From an uncultured Oscillospiraceae bacterium (GTDB lineage: Bacteria > Bacillota > Clostridia > Peptostreptococcales > Anaerovoracaceae), in assembly GCA_964384725.1 (NCBI GenBank), contig CAYLLJ010000001.1:83093-147092 (forward strand): 64,000 nucleotides of DNA, read 5' to 3'. Positions within the stretch are counted from its first letter, which is position 1; each line of letters opens with the position of its first letter. The translations under genes were made by a program, and so were the position numbers. Of this stretch, positions 30,035 to 40,123 are shown piece by piece. Below the pieces are notes generated by a model. It was not told the origin of the DNA. It saw only the letters and a program-made list of their open reading frames with translations, and ran no database searches.

Positions 30035-31516
30035 TTATCTACTAATCCATGGTTTTTTTGATTCTTCAAACTCATCAGCGATTTCTTGCGGGAGTTTGCT
30101 TGTCAAGCTGAAGAGTATAATAGCAATAGATGAAGCAATGAAGCCGGGTATGATTTCATAAATTGCAAATATACCGCCATATGATTTCATCGAATACCAT
30201 AATAAATCCACAACTCCGCCTGTGATCATGCCGGCAATAGCACCCTGAACCGTGGTCCTTTTCCAGAATAAAGAGAAGAGCAAAAGTGGTCCAAAAGCAG
30301 CACCAAATCCGCCCCAGGCACAAGAAACCAATCCGAAAACAGAGCTGTTTGCATCCATAGCTATGAAAATAGCGATCAAAGATATTATAATAACTGTGAT
30401 TCTGCTTACCCAAACAATTTCTATACCTTTTGTACTCTTTTTAAAAATTAAAGCATACAGATCCCGGGAAGCAGAAGATGCTGTAACCAGAAGCTGGGAG
30501 CTTGCTGTACTCATGATCGCAGCCAAAATGGCTGTCAACAGAATTCCTGCAATCAGATCCGGGAACATTGCATCGATCATTGCCATGTAAATGGTTTCTC
30601 CATCTGCCAGATCCGGCATATAAGCTTTACCGATGACGCCGATCGATACAGCAGCCGCAAGAGTAATTATAACCCATACCATAGCTATGTGCCTGGATTT
30701 ACGGATCATATCCGGAGATTGAATGGCCATAAACCTTGTCAGGATATGAGGCTGGCCGAAATATCCCAGGCCCCAGCCAAGTCCGGATGCAAGCAGCATT
30801 GAATCGACAGCTCCATTCTTCATGGGTAAGAATCCCAAGGATTCAGGAGTAAGCTCGGCAAGTCTTACACCGACTTCTGCAAAGCCGCCGATTGATGAAA
30901 CAGCCATAAAAGGAACTACCAATAGGGCAAAGAACATGATCGTACCTTGAATCGCATCAGTCCAGCAGACTGCAGAAAATCCGCCTAATGCTGTATAACT
31001 TACTATTATTGCGGCACCCAGGAAAAGACCAGTAGTATAGTTCATCCCGAAAACCGTGGAAAATAGCTTAGCCCCTGCTGAAAACTGAGATGATGTATAG
31101 ACCAGAAAGAAAATTACTATAAAAATTGCAGAAACAGTTCGAAGGATATGTTTGTCATCCTTAAATCTGTTTTCCAGAAAGTCAGGTATGGTAATAGAGT
31201 TTCCTGATATTTCAGTATATTTTCTTAAACGTTTTGCAACAAAAAGCCAGTTCAAATATGTACCTATAATCAGACCGATTGCAGTCCAAATCGCTTCGGA
31301 GGTTCCTGTATAAATCACATATGCGGTACCCGGCAATCCAATCAGCAGCCATCCGCTCATGTCCGCAGCTTGGGCAGACAAAGCAGTCAGCCAGCTTCCG
31401 AGTTTTCTTCCTCCTAAAATAAAATCATTCAGGTCGCTTGTTTTACTATAGAACTTAACTCCGATTGCTACCATGAGACCTAAATAAACAATAAATACGA
31501 GTGCTATTGTCAGCAT
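30035..31516 (-). CDS. putP: Sodium/proline symporter
   Basis: GGRKLG, ALSAQAADMSGWLLIGLPG, WGLGYFGQPHIL.RFMA, AAIMST, AWGGFGAAFGP. Confidence 0.92.
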   Translation of the reverse strand: MLTIALVFIVYLGLMVAIGVKFYSKTSDLNDFILGGRKLGSWLTALSAQAADMSGWLLIGLPGTAYVIYTGTSEAIWTAIGLIIGTYLNWLFVAKRLRKYTEISGNSITIPDFLENRFKDDKHILRTVSAIFIVIFFLVYTSSQFSAGAKLFSTVFGMNYTTGLFLGAAIIVSYTALGGFSAVCWTDAIQGTIMFFALLVVPFMAVSSIGGFAEVGVRLAELTPESLGFLPMKNGAVDSMLLASGLGWGLGYFGQPHILTRFMAIQSPDMIRKSRHIAMVWVIITLAAAVSIGVIGKAYMPDLADGETIYMAMIDAMFPDLIAGILLTAILAAIMSTASSQLLVTASSASRDLYALIFKKSTKGIEIVWVSRITVIIISLIAIFIAMDANSSVFGLVSCAWGGFGAAFGPLLLFSLFWKRTTVQGAIAGMITGGVVDLLWYSMKSYGGIFAIYEIIPGFIASSIAIILFSLTSKLPQEIADEFEESKKPWISR

Positions 31517-31538
31517 AATAAATCTTCTCCTTTAATAT

Positions 31539-31733
31539 TCAGATTTCCTCCTCAGGAAAAATCCTCTTTATTCTTTTTTCGAAATCCGGTCGATTTATCC
31601 ATATTTGAGCACCGCAAGTAGTGCACCTGATACGAAAATCCATCCCCGCTCGAAGTATGGTAAACCTATTTCCTCCGCAAGGGTGCGGTTTCTTCAGCTC
31701 CACGATATCTCCAACATTTAATTTAAGAGGCAT
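31539..31733 (-). CDS. DUF951 family protein
   Basis: GDIVELKKPHPCG..F.ILRAGMDFRIRC..CG; strong RBS GGGGAGGGG. Confidence 0.9.
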   Translation of the reverse strand: MPLKLNVGDIVELKKPHPCGGNRFTILRAGMDFRIRCTTCGAQIWINRPDFEKRIKRIFPEEEI

Positions 31734-31819
31734 ATACCCCTCCCCTTCATTTGCTTCTTCTTCCTCTTTTGCTTATTTTCCTGAAAATCACAAATCAGCT
31801 TCACTTAAAGCACTATGAC

Positions 31820-31882
31820 CTGGTATGTTTTAATAGGAAACCGTCCGAACGAAGTGAGCGTGTTTCCGAGAAAACATACCAG
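31820..31882. repeat. REP-like hairpin downstream of serS
   Basis: ctggtatgtttt..ggaaac-cgtccgaacgaagtgagcg-tgtttcc..aaaacataccag. Confidence 0.6.
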
Positions 31883-31893
31883 ACAGGGCTGAA

Positions 31894-33186
<1,293 letters not shown>

Positions 33187-35097
33187 TTACAACAAGTTCT
33201 TCTTATATTCAATATAAGTATCTATCAATTCCTGAACCTTCTCCTGCATTTCGATCTGTAATACTGAGGCCTCTTCATAATTTCCCCTGTCCAATGCATT
33301 TTTGATTCTTGTAAGCAGAGATTTCTTCTTAATTTCATCCCTGCCCAGATATACACGCAATTCGTGAATCTTCTTCCAGTTATACATATCATAGTCAGTA
33401 CAGTCTGTATCTGCATGAAGCTTTTTGCATTCCCTGACAAGTGCCATGGTGTTTGGTATAATACGATTGTGAAGTTCGGTAGACCAGGCGGCCAGAATTG
33501 CCTCTTCATAGGATTCTAAAGTGATTGAATCGATCACACCTGTCCTGTTTAATAATACTTTCAGCTTCTCGGGATATTGATGGAACGCACGGAGGTTTTC
33601 CCACACGGTGGCAGGTACTTTCCCAAATAGCAGCTCACGTTCTTCATGAGTATACTTTTCAAACACATCATCTTCGCTGCGGTATGCCCGATCCTTTTCA
33701 AGGTAAAAATCATAATCACCGGCTTTTTTAGACAGGGATGCTTCCAGTTCTTTCGGGTCTTTTTTCTCTTTCAGTGCAGCGGTGATACCATCAAGCATAG
33801 CTAAATAAGTTGAAGCTAATACCAAATAGGTATCGCTTTTCGGATTCGGAGATCGCAGTTCAAATCTTGTGGACAGCGGATTTTTAATATCTCGTACCAA
33901 TCCAACTAAAACGGTTCTGTTTCTTGATGGAATTTTTGCCGAATGCCCGATAGAGGTCACGATGCATACCGGTGCCTCAAAACCCGGCTTAAGCCTGTTG
34001 ATCGCATCATTGGATGCGGCAATAAAGGGATTCATTACTTCATAGTTCTTTAATATACCCATAAGCGCTCCAAATCCGATCGGGCTTAAAAACTCCTTTT
34101 CGATTTCCTTCGGCGCAAATAAATTAATAGTCTTTCCGTTTTTTAGCTTCGCGGATACTCCGACGTGTGTATGTTCTCCGCTGCCCGCAACACCTTCCAT
34201 CGGCTTAGCCATAAATGTCACATCGAGCCCATGAGCCCGGAAGGTATCTTTTACCACATATTTTACCTGGTTTTCATTATCAGCCGCTTGAATCGCGTTG
34301 CTGTATTCCCAGTCAATTTCAAGCTGCTCCATCACATGGTCGTATTCACCGGAACTTCCCATCTTAGCTTTGATGCCGCCTAATTCCTTATGCCCCATTT
34401 CCACCTTAAATCCGTATCGATCCAAAATCAAAAGTGATTTTTCCAACGAAGTCCGAACCGGGCCTATGGTACGTTTCCAATACTGTTCCTTTAATATCTG
34501 GGACGTGGTAAGCTGTTCGCGATCCGCTTTATCATCCGGTGTCTTTACCCAGAATTCAAGTTCCGTTGCTGATGTAAGAATAATTTCTTCAATGTCATCT
34601 ATAGATTGAACATCTAAATGCTCGAATACATACGGGTTTTCCTCAAGGAGTTCCCAAAGTTCTTGCTTGAACGCATTGACTGCATTTCGCAGAACGACCC
34701 TTGATCCCACTTCCGTACTGTCATTATGAACCAGAAAGGACGGGATTCTCAATGTTCCAACGGGCAGCTTTGTGTCCTCGGAAATAAAACTGAAATTATA
34801 ATCAACAAACCAATTCACACTAAGATCTGGTATAATATCAACTTTTGCATTGTTTAACCCTGCAATTTTTGGGAGTACTACACTGGAACCATCTGTCTGA
34901 ACACCTTGATCGAAATACTTGTTCATATCTTTTATGAACAGGTCGACCGGTATCTTTTCATCCGTATCATGCCCGCCTATATCAATGCCAACGAGAGATA
35001 CAAATTTAACTTCCGGATGCTGCCTCAGTAAGGTTTCAATTTCTTCTGTTGAATGTTTTTCTGCAGGGATAGTAAACAGCATTTTGTTTATCATCAT
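33187..35097 (-). CDS. glnA: Glutamine synthetase (long clostridial type)
   Basis: TDGSS, ELEF, HKE.GG, EQLEIDW, AKP..GVAGSGEHTH, RLKPGFEAP, SRNR, RFELRSP. Confidence 0.88.
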   Translation of the reverse strand: MMINKMLFTIPAEKHSTEEIETLLRQHPEVKFVSLVGIDIGGHDTDEKIPVDLFIKDMNKYFDQGVQTDGSSVVLPKIAGLNNAKVDIIPDLSVNWFVDYNFSFISEDTKLPVGTLRIPSFLVHNDSTEVGSRVVLRNAVNAFKQELWELLEENPYVFEHLDVQSIDDIEEIILTSATELEFWVKTPDDKADREQLTTSQILKEQYWKRTIGPVRTSLEKSLLILDRYGFKVEMGHKELGGIKAKMGSSGEYDHVMEQLEIDWEYSNAIQAADNENQVKYVVKDTFRAHGLDVTFMAKPMEGVAGSGEHTHVGVSAKLKNGKTINLFAPKEIEKEFLSPIGFGALMGILKNYEVMNPFIAASNDAINRLKPGFEAPVCIVTSIGHSAKIPSRNRTVLVGLVRDIKNPLSTRFELRSPNPKSDTYLVLASTYLAMLDGITAALKEKKDPKELEASLSKKAGDYDFYLEKDRAYRSEDDVFEKYTHEERELLFGKVPATVWENLRAFHQYPEKLKVLLNRTGVIDSITLESYEEAILAAWSTELHNRIIPNTMALVRECKKLHADTDCTDYDMYNWKKIHELRVYLGRDEIKKKSLLTRIKNALDRGNYEEASVLQIEMQEKVQELIDTYIEYKKNLL

Positions 35098-35297
35098 CTC
35101 TCTTCAGCTCCTCTCTCATAAATACTCTTAACATCGTATTATACATTTTCCCGGTCTATTTTTCCAGTACTATTTCAAATCAGCTTGTTCAATTTAAACG
35201 ATTTCAAAATTTTGACAGGCGCTGCACGCTGCGGTATAATTAGAGCAATAATATTTTGGCTTCAAGAAACCCTATGATTTCGAAAGGAGTATACAGT

Positions 35298-36776
35298 ATG
35301 TTCTCGAGCGATAAAATATGGATTGGAAAAGGCTCAGTTCCGGTTTACCTTCTGCCTCAAATGGCAAATCGGCATGGTCTGATCGCAGGAGCTACCGGAA
35401 CAGGAAAAACCGTAACACTTAAAGTATTGGCTGAATCTTTCAGTGAATTAGGCGTACCTGTTTTCTTGGCTGATATCAAAGGCGACCTGGCCGGTTTGGC
35501 TGTTCAGGGGGAGCCCAATCCCAAAACAGAAGAACGCGTCTCCCAATTAGCCGTTGACGGCTTTTCTTATGAATCCTTTCCTGTTCAATTTTGGGATCTG
35601 TTCGGTCAGAGCGGACACCCGATCCGTACTACAATATCAGAAATGGGGTCGCTGCTGCTTTCAAGAATTCTCAATCTGAACGAAACACAAAGAGGCGTAT
35701 TGAATATCATATTTCGAATAGCCGATGACAAAGGCTTGCTTCTGCTTGATTTAAAGGATTTAAAGTCCATGCTTAGATATGTGGGAGAGAACAGTAAGGA
35801 GTACACTTTAGCCTATGGAAATATATCCAAGCAAACTATAGGAGCAATACAAAGAAGTCTTCTATCGTTGGAAGATCAAGGCGGAGAGCTCTTTTTCGGT
35901 GAACCGGAATTGGATTTCTTTGATTGGATGAAAACATCACACGACGGCAGAGGCGTTATTAATATACTGCACAGTGTCCAACTGTATCAAACTCCTTCCC
36001 TTTATTCTACCTTTTTGCTCTGGATGCTTTCCGAGCTTTTTGAATTACTGCCGGAAGCCGGAGACTTGAAGCAGCCAAAGATGGTATTTTTCTTCGACGA
36101 AGCACATCTCCTCTTTGCCCATGCGCCTAAGTCTTTGCTGGAAAAGATTGAACAGGTGGTCAGGCTGATTCGTTCCAAGGGGGTCGGGGTATACTTTATC
36201 ACTCAGAATCCAATGGACCTGCCCCAGAATGTATTGAGCCAGTTAGGAAACCGCATTCAGCATGCGCTTCGCGCTTATACTCCGGCTGAAATCAAAAACG
36301 TTGAAGCTGCTGCGGAATCATTCCGGCCGAATCCGGATTTTGATACTAAGACAGCAATAATCGAACTTGCAACCGGCGAAGCCCTGATTTCCTGTCTGGA
36401 TGAAAAAGGTCGCCCGGGCATTGTTGAGCGCGCTTTTATTCTGCCTCCGCAGAGCCGATTCGGAACAATCGACGATGCTTTAAGAAGGCAGATAATAACT
36501 TCATCGCCTATGAACGGCAAATATGAGCGGGAGCAGGATCGCATATCAGCCTTCGAGCAGCTTTCGGATATGGAGCGGGCAGAAGAAAATGCGGCTATGC
36601 AGGCGGCTGAAGATAAAAGAAGAATGACAGGCGCCGAATCGAAAGGAAGAGCTTCAAATCGGGGTTATTCGCGTCAGACTCCAATGGAAAAAGCGACAAA
36701 TGCCGTATTCAGCACTATCGGCAGAGAGGTTGGCAGGACTTTGATTCGAGGGATCTTAGGGTCACTGAAAAAATAA
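35298..36776 (+). CDS. DUF853 HerA-like ATPase (YjgR family)
   Basis: [42 protein letters not shown]. Confidence 0.92.
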   Translation: MFSSDKIWIGKGSVPVYLLPQMANRHGLIAGATGTGKTVTLKVLAESFSELGVPVFLADIKGDLAGLAVQGEPNPKTEERVSQLAVDGFSYESFPVQFWDLFGQSGHPIRTTISEMGSLLLSRILNLNETQRGVLNIIFRIADDKGLLLLDLKDLKSMLRYVGENSKEYTLAYGNISKQTIGAIQRSLLSLEDQGGELFFGEPELDFFDWMKTSHDGRGVINILHSVQLYQTPSLYSTFLLWMLSELFELLPEAGDLKQPKMVFFFDEAHLLFAHAPKSLLEKIEQVVRLIRSKGVGVYFITQNPMDLPQNVLSQLGNRIQHALRAYTPAEIKNVEAAAESFRPNPDFDTKTAIIELATGEALISCLDEKGRPGIVERAFILPPQSRFGTIDDALRRQIITSSPMNGKYEREQDRISAFEQLSDMERAEENAAMQAAEDKRRMTGAESKGRASNRGYSRQTPMEKATNAVFSTIGREVGRTLIRGILGSLKK

Positions 36777-36783
36777 TAATCAT

Positions 36784-37332
36784 CTATTTGGATCCGCCTC
36801 TCCTGATTTGTCTTTCCATCTTTTGAGGCGGTTCCTTTTCTTTTAATATATCAAGGAGTTTTTCACAAGCAAGCTTTTGTGCATAACTCGAAATTGCCAA
36901 CTGAAGGGCTGTCACAGCGAGCTCTTTGTCGGTATTGTCATTATCGATGCTTTCTGCGGTTTCTCTAAAGGCTTTCTCCAGCTTGTCCAGGTATGATTCA
37001 TAAAAAATCTTCGCATCACCTATGTTTGGCTGAAGCTTCAGCAGAGCATTTGTCTCATTCACACTGAGCACCTGCTTCAATGAACATATCGCTGTGAGAT
37101 AAACCAAATGATCCTTTGAATATTTCTTTCCGTTTGCACGCGGCAGAAGCCCAATCTTTATGTAATTATTTATCATGGCACCTGTAAGCTGAGCGTTTTC
37201 GGGCAGAAGCGAATGTTGACGCTTCATATAACTCAACACCTGATCTCTGTATATTTCAATATCCGGTAAACTGTCCCAGTCGGCAGGCCTTTCCGTGGAC
37301 AGTTCATCTATCAATTCAGCCAGTACTTTCAT
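36784..37332 (-). CDS. DUF1836 domain protein (putative regulator)
   Basis: WDSLPDIEIYRDQV, LT..MINNY.K, KKYSKDHL; divergent from the SGNH hydrolase. Confidence 0.85.
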   Translation of the reverse strand: MKVLAELIDELSTERPADWDSLPDIEIYRDQVLSYMKRQHSLLPENAQLTGAMINNYIKIGLLPRANGKKYSKDHLVYLTAICSLKQVLSVNETNALLKLQPNIGDAKIFYESYLDKLEKAFRETAESIDNDNTDKELAVTALQLAISSYAQKLACEKLLDILKEKEPPQKMERQIRRGGSK

Positions 37333-37501
37333 TTCAATACTCCTCATTTTCATTTTTTGTATTAATTTTATCATAGTATGGGCAATATTAAAAGAATGTT
37401 AAATATGTATATTTTATATTGAAATATGGTAAACTATACAATATAATATTCTATATCATATCATGTGGTTTAAAATATCTAATCATAAAAGGAGTTGCGA
37501 A

Positions 37502-38179
37502 ATGGCTGATTCAGTTTGTATCTTTGGGGATTCCGTGGCTAAAGGAGTAATATTTGATTCGGTAAAAAACAAATACCGCTTACTTAAAGAAAGCTTTGCC
37601 AATATTGTGGAACGGCAGCAAAATATCTCTGTCTTAAATTTTGCCCGTTTCGGCTGCACTGTCTCCATGGGCAGCGAAATTATAAAAAAGCATGAGGGCG
37701 AGTTGAACCGCTATGATTATACTCTTCTTGAATTTGGCGGCAATGACTGTGATTACAATTGGGCAGAAGTTTCCGAGAATCCTTCCGGGCATCATCTCTG
37801 CAATACGCCGATTCCTCTTTTCCGGGAGAAATACAAAGAATTGATCGATCGTGTACTGCAAAACGGCGGAAGGCCGGTGCTGCTGAATTTACCTCCTATC
37901 GACCCAAAGCGATATTTCAAATGGATCTGCGAAGGGCTTAACGGGAAAAACATTTTGACCTATCTTAAGGATATCGAAGCAATCTATAAATGGCAGGAGT
38001 TGTACAGCAAAACCGTGGAAGAGCTGGCAGCAGAAATGAAGGTTCCCTTGATTGATATTCGCTCAGGCTTTCTTAATGAAAAAAACTTCAGCTCTTATCT
38101 CTGTGCCGATGGAATCCATCCCAACGAAAAAGGTCATTTGCTTATATCTAATATACTCAAGGAAAAAGCATTATCATAA
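37502..38179 (+). CDS. SGNH/GDSL hydrolase
   Basis: FGDSV, EFGGNDCD, DGIHPNEKGH. Confidence 0.9.
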   Translation: MADSVCIFGDSVAKGVIFDSVKNKYRLLKESFANIVERQQNISVLNFARFGCTVSMGSEIIKKHEGELNRYDYTLLEFGGNDCDYNWAEVSENPSGHHLCNTPIPLFREKYKELIDRVLQNGGRPVLLNLPPIDPKRYFKWICEGLNGKNILTYLKDIEAIYKWQELYSKTVEELAAEMKVPLIDIRSGFLNEKNFSSYLCADGIHPNEKGHLLISNILKEKALS

Positions 38180-38344
38180 ATGCTTTTTTTCTGTAAGCGA
38201 TAAGTTCCAATTTGCGATTGCTTGTCGTAATTTGAATCACTGTTTAATACTAAATCTCTTTGCCTCATTATTACAGCCATGTTACAATGGAGACAAATTA
38301 ATATCTATATTATTTAAGACTCAAGGAGCCGAGGAGAAGAGAGA

Positions 38345-39985
38345 ATGAGTAGAAAAGTTTTAGTGATCGGACATAAAAACCCCGATACAGACTCTATCTG
38401 TTCGTCTATTGCTTACGCAAATTTGAAAAATCAGCTTACAGAGGATGAGCATATCCCAAAAAGAGCGGGTGATATCAGCGATGAAACGAAATTTGTACTG
38501 GATAAATTTCATATGGAAATACCGGAATTTATTCAGGATGTCGGAACACAAGTCATGGATATCGATATGCGCAAAACGACCGGCGTGCAAAGTAATATAT
38601 CTTTGAAAAAGGCCTGGGGATTGATGCGCGACCTTGCTGTTGCTACATTGCCTGTTACCGCCAATATGCGGCTTGAAGGAATCATCTCGGTAAAAGATAT
38701 TGCCACAGCCAATATGGATATCTACGATAACAGTATTCTGGCAAAATCGGAAACAAGTTATAAAAACATCGTGGAAACCTTAGACGGCACAATGATTGTC
38801 GGAGGAGAAGACGATATTGTGAAAGGCGGTAAAATACTTATAGCCGCGTCCAGTCCTGATACGCTCGAAAGCTACATGGATGCAGATGACATCATCATAC
38901 TGAGCAATCGTTATGAATTACAGCTCTGTGCCATTGAAATGGGTGCCGGCTGCATTATCGTTTGTACCGGTGCACCTGTTGCCATCACTATAAAAAAGCT
39001 TGCAGCGGAAAAAGGCTGCCATATTATCAGCACTCCTTACGATACATATATTGTCGCCCGTTTGATCAACCAAAGCACACCAATCAGTTATTTTATGAAA
39101 AAGGAAGATCTCATTACCTTTGAAACTGATGATTTTACAGAGGACGTAAAAAGTGTCATGGCGAAAGTCAGACATCGGGACTTTCCTGTTCTGGATATTT
39201 ACGGTGACTATTTCGGTATGATTTCCAGAAGATCACTGCTTGATGTTAAAAAGAAACGTGTCATTTTGGTGGATCACAATGAAAAATCACAGGCGGTGGA
39301 TGGGCTGGAGACAGCAGAGATTACGGAAATAATCGATCATCACAGGTTGGGAAATCTGGAGACTATTACACCGGTCTTCTTCCGCAATCAACCGGTAGGC
39401 TGTACGGCTACTATTATTTATCAGATGTACATAGAAAACCGCGTTGAAATAAGCCGCGATATGGCAGGCATTCTCTGTGCCGCAATCATTACGGATACAC
39501 TGATGTTCCGGTCGCCTACCTGTACGGCTGATGATAAAAATGCTGCGGAGGCTCTTGCTGTTATCGCAGAAGTCCGGATCAGAGAATTTGCCGAGGAGCT
39601 TTTCCAGGCAGGCAGCAGCTTAGGAGATAAGTCTCCTGAAGCAATGCTGTATCAGGACTTTAAAACGTTTACCTTAAATGATGTCAGCTTCGCTGTCGGA
39701 CAGAACACATTTACCAATACAGCAGATCTGCAGGATGCCAAAGCAAAGATGCTCGAATACCTGCGCACCTCCTTCAAAAGAAACGATATCGATATGCTGT
39801 TTATCATGCTCACCAACATACTGGATGAATCCACGGAACTTCTCTTCTTCGGAGAGGGGGCAATGTGTGTCGCCGAGACTGCCATGAAAACGAAAGCTAT
39901 AGATGATTCCATTCACCTCAAAGGGGTGGTTTCCAGGAAAAAGCAGCTCTTACCTGCACTTATGACCGCACTTCAACAGCAATAG
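38345..39985 (+). CDS. ppaC: CBS/DRTGG-domain manganese-dependent inorganic pyrophosphatase
   Basis: GHKNPDTDS, CBS-DRTGG-CBS insert, LVDHNE, IIDHH, SPTCT, DFK.F, GVVSRKKQ. Confidence 0.92.
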   Translation: MSRKVLVIGHKNPDTDSICSSIAYANLKNQLTEDEHIPKRAGDISDETKFVLDKFHMEIPEFIQDVGTQVMDIDMRKTTGVQSNISLKKAWGLMRDLAVATLPVTANMRLEGIISVKDIATANMDIYDNSILAKSETSYKNIVETLDGTMIVGGEDDIVKGGKILIAASSPDTLESYMDADDIIILSNRYELQLCAIEMGAGCIIVCTGAPVAITIKKLAAEKGCHIISTPYDTYIVARLINQSTPISYFMKKEDLITFETDDFTEDVKSVMAKVRHRDFPVLDIYGDYFGMISRRSLLDVKKKRVILVDHNEKSQAVDGLETAEITEIIDHHRLGNLETITPVFFRNQPVGCTATIIYQMYIENRVEISRDMAGILCAAIITDTLMFRSPTCTADDKNAAEALAVIAEVRIREFAEELFQAGSSLGDKSPEAMLYQDFKTFTLNDVSFAVGQNTFTNTADLQDAKAKMLEYLRTSFKRNDIDMLFIMLTNILDESTELLFFGEGAMCVAETAMKTKAIDDSIHLKGVVSRKKQLLPALMTALQQQ

Positions 39986-40051
39986 CCCTTGCTGAACACA
40001 TATTTTATTTTACAAAGGCTTTACCACAACATTTGACTTGCGACCATATAA

Positions 40052-40087
40052 AAATCCCTGCGGTGCTCAGAAGCACTGCAGGGATTT
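40052..40087. terminator. Bidirectional intrinsic terminator
   Basis: aaatccctgcggtgct...agcactgcagggattt between convergent genes. Confidence 0.8.
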
Positions 40088-40123
40088 AATGTTTTGTTCA
40101 CAAATCTTGAGACCCGTTATTTG

